The notes under the pieces were generated by a model. It saw only the letters and a program-made list of their open reading frames with translations, made no database searches and was not told where the DNA came from. From assembly GCA_030770535.1 (NCBI GenBank), contig JASVEC010000191.1, forward strand, positions 1 to 33,754: DNA of 33,754 nucleotides, given 5' to 3'. Positions 23,235-33,334 of the stretch are shown piece after piece. Position 1 is the first letter of the stretch; each line of letters starts with the position of its first letter. The DNA is from Batkoa obscura. Its lineage: Eukaryota. Position numbers and translations under genes: made by a program.

Positions 23235-23685
23235 ATATTACTATTTACTTTATTTTATATATTTAAAACTTCATTTTTACAAACTTTTCAAAATAAAAAA
23301 CAATAATAAAAAATAACAACAATATTTAAATTTTTATAAAACTTTACACTTAAAAATTAATTGGTTTATACTATAAAAAGCCAAAAGTTTGAGAAAAAGT
23401 TTATAACAACTATATTAAAGAAGTGTATAAAAAACAAAAATAAAACCTATCTAACAGAATATAAAGTTACATTCATAATAATAAAATAATAAAATAATAA
23501 AAAACTAAGGATAGGTATAATATTTAAAAGTTAGTTATGTCATAAAAAGCTATGTTCTTAAATAAAAATAGTTACTATATGTAATATAAAGATTATCAAC
23601 CATCAGTTTTGTTATTTTATCATTATGAACGTAACTTTATATTTTACTAAATAAAAAAAGTTAGTAAATTTTTTAGGAAACATAT

Positions 23686-23783
23686 GGGGCTGTTTTTTTT
23701 AGTTTCATTATTTTTCCATTTTTTAAGCGCTATTTATGTGGAAAAATTGTCAGTAAAATTCTTAAATACAAAAATACATCCCC
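23686..23783 (-). mobile_element. ~98-bp MITE copy
   Basis: GGGGCTGT...ACATCCCC, TSD ATAT/ATAT; shares end variants with the 8328 copy. Confidence 0.92.
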
Positions 23784-23816
23784 ATATATTTTATATTATA
23801 TAATTAAAAAATATAG

Positions 23817-23911
23817 AGGGATGTTTTTTTGCGCTTAAGAGTTTTACTAACGAATTTTCTGCTCAAATAGTGCTTAAAAATGGAAAAAGTAATGAAGCCA
23901 AAAAAACTCCT
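23817..23911 (+). mobile_element. ~98-bp MITE copy
   Basis: AGGGATGT...AACTCCT; flanks ATAG/ATAT. Confidence 0.85.
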
Positions 23912-24099
23912 ATATACTCGTCCAAATAACTCTAAGCTTTTCACTCTTCACTTTAGCAGCTGTATCAAAAATTTAATTATCTAATTAGTGAATTTTTTTT
24001 CCCTTCTTAGCTTAAGATTCAAATGCTCAATCTATTTAAAAATGTTCCAGAAATTTTAATACATTTATTAATAATTTTTGGTTTCTTATATGTAATAAA

Positions 24100-24181
24100 G
24101 TCAATTTGGCCGAGCGGTCTAAGGCGTTGCACTTAAGATGCAATCTCGAGAGAGGCGTGGGTTCGAACCCCACAGTTGACA
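24100..24181 (+). tRNA. tRNA-Leu(TAA), identical to 21349-21430
   Basis: Same 82-nt cloverleaf. Confidence 0.96.
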
Positions 24182-24658
24182 AAAATTTTAAATTTCACAT
24201 TTTTTATTAACTAAAAAATCAAGTTCAAATCATTGGACACATTATTTATTGTAAAATTTTGTCCTTAGAACAAATTGAAGCTTGTGACTGCTGTGTTGTG
24301 TTAAATTGTTTTTAAAAGTAGAATTAAAATGAGGTAATGATTGGTCTAATTAGCTTGAATTTTCTATTTTAAGCCAATGGCTTGGACTATTTAAGATCCA
24401 ACATTCCTATGATTAGCATAAAGGTTAACAAATTTTAAATTTAGATTTTTAAAAGTGACGAAGAATTGGTTGAAAGTAATAGAAATAAAAAAGTTAAACA
24501 AGTAAATAATAGAGAGGTAAAAAAGAAGGTGTATAAAAGGATAAGGATATGGCATGGTATATGCTAGGGTGTAGAAATTGGTAAGAAGGACTTAAAACTA
24601 ATCTAATTAATCCAATTAAATGAACTAAAGTTTAGAAAAAAAAGATCTTAATATTGAG

Positions 24659-25818
24659 ATGAAAGTCAATCCCCCAAATACAGAAGGAATTCTAAAGTAG
24701 TTAGTTATAAATAATTATTAGCCTAGTTAGTTAATTAAAATAGATATAGGGGTGAACAAATCAAACATACGTTAGCTGGAGCCGGTGCTGGTTTAGTAGC
24801 ATCCATAGTAACTTGTCCATTAGATGTAGTTAAAACTCGATTACAAAATCAAAGTAAAGTTATACCCGGTTCCACCTACTATAAAGGTGCTATAGGTACT
24901 TTTTTCAAAATGGATTCTAAATTAGTATTGATCTTTTTTAGCGCCATTAAGGGTTATATTTAAAGAAGAAGGAATCAATGGATTATATAGAGGATTAAAT
25001 CCAACAATATTAGGGTATTTACCATCTTGGGCAATCTATTTTTCATGCTATCATGCCTTAAAACCTTGGTCGACTAATTTACTTGGTTAGTAACCTTATC
25101 TAATTGTAATTTTTATTAGTTAATTTTTAACTTTAGGCAAAGAAGTCAATAGTTCATTTGTACATATGATTTCTGCCATGATAGCAGGTTGTGTTTCGAC
25201 CATAGCAACAACACCATTATGGGTTATAAAAACTCGAATTATGGTAATGAACTTAAATAAAATTTGTTTATATTAACCATTTAAAAGACACAATCAAAAA
25301 CAACCGTTTATTGTTATAATGGCACCATAGATGCCTTTAAAAAAATATGGTTACAAGAAGGAATTTCTGGATTTTATAGAGGGTTAGTACCTTCTTTAAT
25401 AGGTGTATCTCATGTCATTGTTCAATTTCCACTTTACGAAAGACTGAAAGTGAAATTTGGTAAAATTAATGATATTTAAGAGATTCTAAAATTTAATAAC
25501 CCATTTCAAGCTCCTAATGATAACAATGATGGAAAAATAGCTAAAGGAACGATATTAATGGCCTCATCTATTTCCATTATGGCCGCTTCTCTATGTACAT
25601 ATCCTCATGAAGTGGTTCGAACTCGATTACAAAATCAGACGAAACCACCGTACAAATATCTCGGGGTGAGACATGCCTGTCTCACTATATTTAAAGAAGA
25701 AGGAGCTTCTGCTTTTTATAAAGGGTTTCCTACTAATTTATTAAGGACGGTACCAAGTACCACCTTAACTTTACTGACGTATGAGTTATTATGTGAAAAA
25801 CTAAGCCATTGGCTCTAG
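24659..25818 (+). CDS. Mitochondrial carrier (SLC25), NAD+ transporter Ndt1/Ndt2-like; exons 24659-24696 (uncertain), 24750-24895, 24942-25085, 25137-25243, 25288-25459, 25511-25818
   Basis: Three carrier signatures (PLDVVKTR, PLWVIKTR, PHEVVRTR). GYLPSWAIYF and HVIVQFPLYE are typical of the NAD+ carrier clade. Introns are GT-AG and in frame; an alternative in-frame acceptor would start exon 2 at 24744. Confidence 0.88.
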
Positions 25819-26173
25819 TTTTATTATCTAATTTTAGTGTATTATTTAGTTAAGCAGTGTCTTTGACAGCTTTTGTTCTGGAGTTAACTAACCAATGAAC
25901 TAGCAGATGTTAATAGGAATCTTTAGATTTAATTTATTTTAATAAAAATGAAATATTTTGTTGTATATTTATCATTATTTTATATATCGTTTATTTTAGT
26001 GATTATTTTAGCCTATTTTATAATGATGAAAATTTCATTCAATGATTATGGAGTTTAATTTGCTAAAAATCGAATACTTCAAAGTTGAAAATAAACAAAG
26101 GGTTTGATTTATTTTTTGAAGTGATTACTTTTATTTTTAAAATAATATAATACTAATCAACATAAGGAGAAAT

Positions 26174-28292
26174 ATGGATGGCACGAATTCACAAAAGGAT
26201 GAAAGCTCTAGGCTTTTAGTCTTGGAAAAGGAAAATAATATTCTGAAACAAGATTACAATGTAAGTAAATATATACATGATTAGAAAATAAAATTAATTT
26301 AATCTAGAAACTCAAAAATGAAAGAGAACTTGCAAGAGAAGAGAACAAAATGTTAAATGAGGAGAACAGTCAACTAAAACAAGAATTAAAAGTAAGAAGA
26401 TTTATGCATAATTAGAATTCAGTATCAATTTAATCTAGAAACTCAAAAGCGAAAACAAAGCAGTAAGTAGAAATAAGTCCAACTACTCAAATGATAATTT
26501 AGTTGCCAAAGAATTGAGTGGTGTTTCAGATAATAGGTTGAAACAGAGTTATGATCATTTGAAGCAAGAATACGAGCATGCTCAAAAATTATTCCTAAAA
26601 GAAGAACGCATACTGAAAGTAAAGAATGAAGAGATTAAAAAGCTAACAACAAAACTGTTCGCTTCTCAAAAGATTATTGAACAATATAAGAAAAATGAAT
26701 CAGAGTTGCATTCGATAGCAGACAGTCTAACAAAAGAAGTGAAGGACAGGGATGAAAGGATAAAAGCTATTAAAAAATATTTGGGTAAAATATCTAGTTA
26801 TTAATATTTTAATAATTTAATTTATTTAAAGGAGATTCTACTAAAAATAGGAGCTTAGGCCAAAAAGAGACTAAAGGTAATCGGAAACAAGAAATTGAAA
26901 AGATCATAAATAGTATGAATGATTATCAAGAAACTTATTGTAATCAGATGAGTTTCTTTGAATCTAAAGTAGCTGAAATTGAGTATGGATTGGAAATGGT
27001 AAGTTTAATTAACCTTATTAAAGAGTCAATTAATAACATTTTAGTGCCAAGGTATCGAAGAAAAGGATGGAAGAAATAATGATGATGGTATATTAAAAGA
27101 GATCAAAGATTTAGAGGCCGATATTGAATTTCATAATGGACAAGTAAATAGGTATATGAGCGAGATGAACTCTGAAATTAAAAATAAGAGTGGCGATTTG
27201 TTAAACCATATGAAAGATCAGTTGGAAAAGGTTTTAGATCTTACGAGGAAGAAAGAGGTGGAGAACAAAGCATATAGAGATATGGTAACAAACTAAGTTT
27301 ATTTTAATTAAAAAACTTAACTTTATTAGGTAAAATGGCAAAGGGAAGTTATGAGTTCTAAATTAAATAGGATGGATAATAATATTGTGAGTGGCATAGG
27401 TTTGAATATTACTAAATTGGAAGAGGTGAGGGCGAAGATAAAAGAGGAAAATCTAAAACAAAGGGAAATTACAAAAGTAAAGGTTGAAGAGTTTAGAAAA
27501 GAAATTTATAGAACCCAAACTCAATTGGAAGTAGTTTTTAAAAAGGTAGAAGAAATGAACGATCAAAGTTTAAATGAGTATAGAAAACAAAGTGAAGAGT
27601 TAAAACAAAAGGCATTAGAAATGTCTCATAGCTTAGAAAGAGCAATAAAGAATAAAATTTCTAGAATAAATGGTATAGAAATAATGAATCTATCCGAATT
27701 AAGTGAGTATGATGAAATGAAAAAAGCACATGCGGAGTTTAAGCAGCAAATAATAACAAAAGGATTAGAACTCACCGAGCATGCTTTGAATTATTGTAAA
27801 TTTGGGAATAAGGAAGTGGATAGTCATATTGATGAACAAAGGGCATCGTTGGAATGCATTAAGAATAAAGTCGAGTCAATCAGAGAATATATTAGTGGAA
27901 GTGGTATTTTGAGCGTAGAAAATAATGAAGAAAGGCCTGAAGATGTATTAAATATGAATGATAAGTTAAAAAGAGCATTTAGTCAAGTGAGAGAGGGAGC
28001 ATTTAGTTATCAGAAAGGTGCTGAGAATGAAAAAATAAAAGAGATTGAAAGATTACAAAAAATTAATCAATTTATTAAAGAAATCAAGGATATGGAAATT
28101 AATCTGGATTCAGAAATAAACAAGCTCCATTTAATACAAAGCGATGTTACAAATGTTCCAACTTTGTTATTAGGTTTTAATGAATTCCCTATGTCTAATT
28201 TAGAATGGCAGTATCCTAAGACTTGGAAATTAACGGAGGAAAGGAAAAGTTATATCCAACAACCTCATACTGAAAAAAAGGAGAATAATTGA
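26174..28292 (+). CDS. Long coiled-coil protein resembling a kinesin-5 stalk/tail without motor; exons 26174-26260, 26308-26391, 26439-26784, 26832-26998, 27045-27284, 27330-28292
   Basis: Five GT-AG introns join ORFs 26514 and 27351 in frame; K/E/L heptad composition. Kinesin-5 similarity is by recalled motif only. A further 5' intron (about 26102-26166) is possible. Confidence 0.75.
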
Positions 28293-30282
28293 TATAGTTG
28301 ATAGGATTTTACAATTGAATGAATTAATAAATAAAAACAGCTTATTTAAACGTCAACTTGATTGTTTTGTCGTTTTAGTACTTGAAGGAGTTTAATCATT
28401 TGATTTAACTAAAATAGTTTCTTAAGAATGTAAGTAAGTTTTTGTTTTTTTGGATAATGCGACATCTTACTATAAAAGTTAATGATTATTTAATAAATCT
28501 TATACAAGGCTTATATTTTAATTAATGCTAATTAATAATAAGCCGTTATATAATCTGGATTTATGACAATTTTCAACATTTTTATTTGTTTTCTATCCTG
28601 TAAAGTAATTCGAAGTATTAGATACTAACAAAATAAGCTAATATTAGAATCGAATTTTATGCTACTTTTGATACGAAAATAAAATATCAAATAAAAATAG
28701 CCTTAGAGTTGGGCTGATAATAAAGTAGTTACAAAATATCAACACTATCCTCTTGATCGAATAATATGAGTATATTTTTGATGACCAAAACCCGCTGTTA
28801 ACGGCTAAAGCTGTAAAATTTTAGCTAACAAATGAGTTTCTGATCTATATATTTCATTATAAATTAATTCAATTAGCTAATACTTTCGAGCTTTATCCGT
28901 TAACTGTATCATAATGGCCATGATAGATATATTCGAATTATTCGCCTCAGAGGATAATTAAAGTTGAAAGTTTAAATAATGTAGTTTTAAAACTATGATA
29001 GTAAATGGAAATTAGATGCCAAAACTGAAGTTTTTTGGTCTTCAATCCAAGTTATAGCTAAACCCTAATAAAAATTTTAAGCAATTAAGATAGAGTATAC
29101 AAATATTTTTTATAATTTAATTTGATTAATTTTTGTTAATAAAACCCTTGGAAGTATTTACATTCATTACTCTTATAATAGTTAAAAAGGTATAGTGCAT
29201 AAAAAAACGAAAGATTAAATTACTATTTAAGGCAAATAGTAGTTTAATTTGAGTATTCTTGTTTTTACTAAAAGATCAAATGGAAAGCTATTTCTCTGAA
29301 TATCAAAATATTTTCAAGTATAGATATCATTAAGATTATTTAGGTGGCTATTCTTTAATTTGTATAGTACCATAGCTTATAGAAGTAAATAATCTAAAAA
29401 CCAGGCTTCACACGTTTAAGGTTAATTATATTTATAAAGAATTATATGATTTATTTGAAATGGTCGGCGGTATTTATTATTAGCATTACAATGAAAGATT
29501 GAATAAAAAGGTGGAAAATTCGATCACTTGGCTTTAAAATAAACTATTAACTTTAAGCAAATAATTGAGTTTAATTAAAAAATCCCGAAAACAAGGAAAT
29601 TTTTATAAGGTGATATAACTTTTAGAATTTTTTACTAAATTGTTTTAACAAAAAAAATGCAGCTATTTTTAATTAAAGATCGTCTCCGAATTTGGACTTT
29701 TATGAACTAAAAAATAATTGACATACAATCGGATAGTTTATTAAAACTATGCCTTAGATTATTTTTTATTTTAAATTTAAATTTAAATTAATAGGTTTTA
29801 TATTAATAACAAAGTGTTAAGTTTGCAGTTTAAAAATAGCTCAATTTTGTTATTAATATTGTTGAGTATTAAGGTTTTTGGATTTTAAACAAGGATACAA
29901 TGTTATAACTTGATTACTGTTGTATACTTGAGAATATAAACAAATAAAAGTGAATAAATAAATAAATTTTTGTTTTATATATTATTAATTTTATTTTATC
30001 TATTCTAATATCAATTAGCCATATAGAAATATATACAGAATCCAGGCTTTACAGAACGAGCTGGTTCAAGAATTTGCATAAATAATTAAACCAAAACCTC
30101 CACAAGCTTAATTTTTTGAATTTCTAAGTTAATTTTATTAAATCATATTTCGACTCAATTAGATTCCTTGTAATGCCATTATAAAGTTACTATTGAGTTT
30201 CAGCGAACATTATTTAGGGTAAATATAAAAACTATAAAAAGAAGGAACGGTAAACTTTAATAGAATTATATTATATACAAAA

Positions 30283-30969
30283 ATGCTAACTAACCCAAAA
30301 TTATCTCTATTTCATGGCTATATTGAAGATTACAAAGATGCCTTGATTGTCATCGAGGCATCCCGTTTAGGCTACTTAAGTTTAATTAAACGAAGATTAG
30401 ACTCTAATGAAAAGAAATTGATTAATTCAGGGGCTTGTTTTGTATGGGAAGAAAGTAGTTCTAGTATGTGTCGCTGGACAGATGGTAAATCATGGTCAAA
30501 ATCAAGGTATTATAAAGGCTTTTTTAGCTATTATGAGAGAACAAATAAAAATAAGAATAATAATGAATATTCAAATCTAATAAAGAGGACATATACAATT
30601 CAAGGGATCGATGATAGAAAATTCCAGTTAGTAAACTATGTATACAATGATAAGTCAAAACATTGTGACCTTTTAAGGCCTAGAAATTCCTCCTTAAAGC
30701 AACTTGATATCCCTGAACATTATTATTTCAAGAAAGATGTATTAGAGATTAAGAGGTTTACTAGCGATAATGAAGCTAGTAGTGCTTCATCAACATATAA
30801 AAAAGATGGCAATATAAACTCATCAAGTAATTCGAACTCTCCTTTACCCCATTCACTTCAAGAGACTTTTGGCTTGACAACATCAAGCTACTTGTTGGAA
30901 TGTCCAATTGATAATACCTTACATTTTGAAGATAGGAAAATTATCTCCTTATTTGAAATTAAATTGTAA
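30283..30969 (+). CDS. Gti1/Pac2 family (WOPR domain) transcription factor, paralog 3
   Basis: FHGYIEDYKDALIVIEA, IKRRLDSNEK, GACFVWEE, RWTDGKSWSKSR, LIKRTY...FQLVNY; full-length similarity to 10831-11550. Confidence 0.92.
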   Translation: MLTNPKLSLFHGYIEDYKDALIVIEASRLGYLSLIKRRLDSNEKKLINSGACFVWEESSSSMCRWTDGKSWSKSRYYKGFFSYYERTNKNKNNNEYSNLIKRTYTIQGIDDRKFQLVNYVYNDKSKHCDLLRPRNSSLKQLDIPEHYYFKKDVLEIKRFTSDNEASSASSTYKKDGNINSSSNSNSPLPHSLQETFGLTTSSYLLECPIDNTLHFEDRKIISLFEIKL

Positions 30970-31630
30970 TATAGCTAATAAAAAATTAAATATAAATAGT
31001 ATCTAATAGTTATGTATAGACGATTGTTAACTTCCCATAATATTATCTTTATACTTATTTTAGAATAATTGACTTTTATTTTTATCAAAGGTTCAGATTT
31101 TATTTTTTTACATGTTTCCTTGAAGGTTAATTATAACAACTCACTATATCTTTAAGGGTTATTGAAATACTGCAATTGATAGTATAGATCAATTTGAGCC
31201 TGATTTAATTTTAATACTTTTACTAAAAATTAAAAACAGCTTGTAACCTACATTTTAATAAAAACTATTTTTGATATAATGGAGATGTCCAAATTAGTTT
31301 CAGAATTTACTTAATTTTTTATTTAATTTTAAGCTTTTTAAATTTGTATTAGTTAACTCAAAAAACTTATTTTGATTTATTTATTTTTTTATGTATTTTG
31401 TATTATTTTCATCAGATATTTAATAAATATATAAATATTTGTCTTTACCTTTTATTAAAATAAGAACAAAATATAAACTTTTATAACTAAACTTCAAAGT
31501 GAAATTTTTGAAAATTTTAATACAATAAGGAAAAGTATATCATATGAAATTGTTATTCATTTATATTAATTTCAACGACTATTTATAATAACCCAAAGTT
31601 TATGGGATTTTTAATAATGAAAAAAGAAAT

Positions 31631-31723
31631 GGTGATGTATTTTTAGGTTCAAGAATTTACTAATGAAATTTCCACTCAAATAGTGCTTAAAATATGGAAA
31701 AAGTAATAAAACTAAACATCCTC
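31631..31723 (+). mobile_element. ~98-bp MITE copy
   Basis: GGTGATGT...ACATCCTC; flanks AAAT/ATAT. Confidence 0.85.
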
Positions 31724-31753
31724 ATATTAATGATGTATTATAAAATTAAAATT

Positions 31754-32040
31754 GTTTATTTATTTGATAGTAAATCTGCGATGTTGGGTATAAAGTAGTC
31801 AATAATAAACATCTCGCAATGAAGTTTTATAGGAATGTATATTTACTTATACACTACAACTTTGATTAATATCAACATATAAGTTATATTAGTAAAAGCC
31901 TTATTAATCCTAGAATTTCGGCTAACTTATTATATAAATTATGATAAAGTAATTTAAAACTGTCAAATACTTTCGGTTTTTAATAAAGAATTTGTTAAGT
32001 CCTTAAAATTTAGAATATTTAAAAATGAAATCAATTCAAA
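31754..32040. repeat. Second dispersed repeat family, copy 2
   Basis: Same-orientation similarity to 8787-9045, with an extra internal segment. Confidence 0.8.
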
Positions 32041-32414
32041 CATATATATAAAACACTGAACTTTAATATTAATGTAGCTTATTTGTTATAATGGTCTAAA
32101 TTTATAACTTTTTTTTATTAAAAGATCTTCTTATTTTTATTTCATTTCTTATATATTTTCTATGATAAGTTGTAATATTATTATTTCGTTATTATTAATT
32201 GTCTTTAAATAAGCATACTAAATTCTGCTTATATCAAATTTAAGACTCTTATATTTATTAGAAAAATATTAAACTTTATATATTATTTGATTAAATTTAT
32301 TATTAATAGCAAAATTAATATTTTTTTTATTTTACTAAGCTTTTTAAATTTGACCAGATTATCCATTAAGGACTTAATCCAAATTTAAGTAAATTTTGAA
32401 ACCAATTTGAATAT

Positions 32415-32511
32415 GGGAATGTATTTTTTCGTTTAAGAATTTTGTTAACAATCTTTCCGCTCAAACAGCACCTAAAGATGAAGAAAGTAATGAAGAAAAA
32501 AAAGCATCGCC
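32415..32511 (+). mobile_element. ~98-bp MITE copy
   Basis: GGGAATGT...GCATCGCC, TSD ATAT/ATAT; terminal bases partly repeated (cctcatat). Confidence 0.85.
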
Positions 32512-32654
32512 ATATCCTCATATTGCTATTTAAATGTAACTTAGTTTTAAATCTTAGCCAATATACTAAAGACAAGTATAAGACATTTTTAACATTAGCT
32601 GCAATAATTTAAAATATTAAATACTATTTTTTGCCTATTTTCTCATACTAAATT

Positions 32655-32727
32655 GGGGTAGTAGCTCAATCGGTAGAGTACTCGCTTTGCATGCGAGGGG
32701 CACGGGGATCGAAACCCTGCTACTCCA
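32655..32727 (+). tRNA. tRNA-Ala(TGC)
   Basis: GGGGTAG/CTACTCC acceptor stem with G3:U70; CTCGC-TT TGC AT-GCGAG anticodon arm; eukaryotic Ala-type GATCGAAAC T-loop; T-run terminator downstream. Confidence 0.95.
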
Positions 32728-32875
32728 ATTATTTTTCGCCTTCGGATTTTATTTAGTCATAAATTTAATTCAAACTTTACCTAAGTGATTACATAACTTT
32801 TAATTTAATGTCAACATTGAACCCTTATAATTTAGATCTGGGTTAGCTTTGGAATTGGCAAAATAAAGATGTTAG

Positions 32876-33137
32876 AATAGGCTTAGAGTAGATGGGTTTT
32901 GCATTTGAAAGTAAACAGCTTAACTTCTATTATGTTAAATTAACTATAGCCGATTTATTTTTAACAGGGATCTAGTAAATAATCTCCTATTCCTTGTAAT
33001 TAGTTGTCGGCTTACTTTTTCTCATGAACCATATTTTGTTTTAATTAGATCCTCCCACATTACATCCAAGGGATTGAGGTGATAGCTTTGAAAGTCATAT
33101 CTTTTATAAGCTTAAACTCAGTTGGTAATGACTTGGC
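32876..33137 (-). pseudogene. Possible decayed Ty3/gypsy pol fragment (protease end to RT start)
   Basis: Broken frames give TEFKLIKDMTFKAITSIPWM, RQLITRNRRLFTRSL and NAKPIYSKP, in the order expected for the protease-RT linker. No catalytic motif is visible. Confidence 0.3.
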
Positions 33138-33237
33138 AAATTATACGGATTAATAATAAGATATGAATAATAATTAAATTAATAATGTATTAATAAATCA
33201 AACATCAACCTTTAGGATTTAGCTTCTAATTATATAT

Positions 33238-33334
33238 GGGATGTTTTTTTTGACTTCATTACTTTTTCCATTTTTTAAGCGCTATTTGAGTGGGAAAGCT
33301 ATTAATAAATTCTTAAACACAAAAATACATCCCC
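33238..33334 (-). mobile_element. ~98-bp MITE copy
   Basis: GGGATGT...ACATCCCC, TSD ATAT/ATAT. Confidence 0.9.

Noticed and set aside
23112..23306. 64-aa ORF with IIWGCIF, resembling the Tc1 VWGCF motif
   Set aside because: GTG start; it is just the translation of the MITE TIR and TSD, with no other Tc1 motifs.
21733..23911. MITE clusters as a CRISPR-like repeat-spacer array
   Set aside because: Repeats are ~98 bp, in mixed orientation, irregularly spaced, each with its own TIRs and TSD; there are no cas genes and the context is eukaryotic.
30252..30260. Wor1-type TTAAAGTTT site near paralog 3 (also at 16301) as autoregulation
   Set aside because: A 9-mer of nearly all A/T is expected several times by chance at this base composition.
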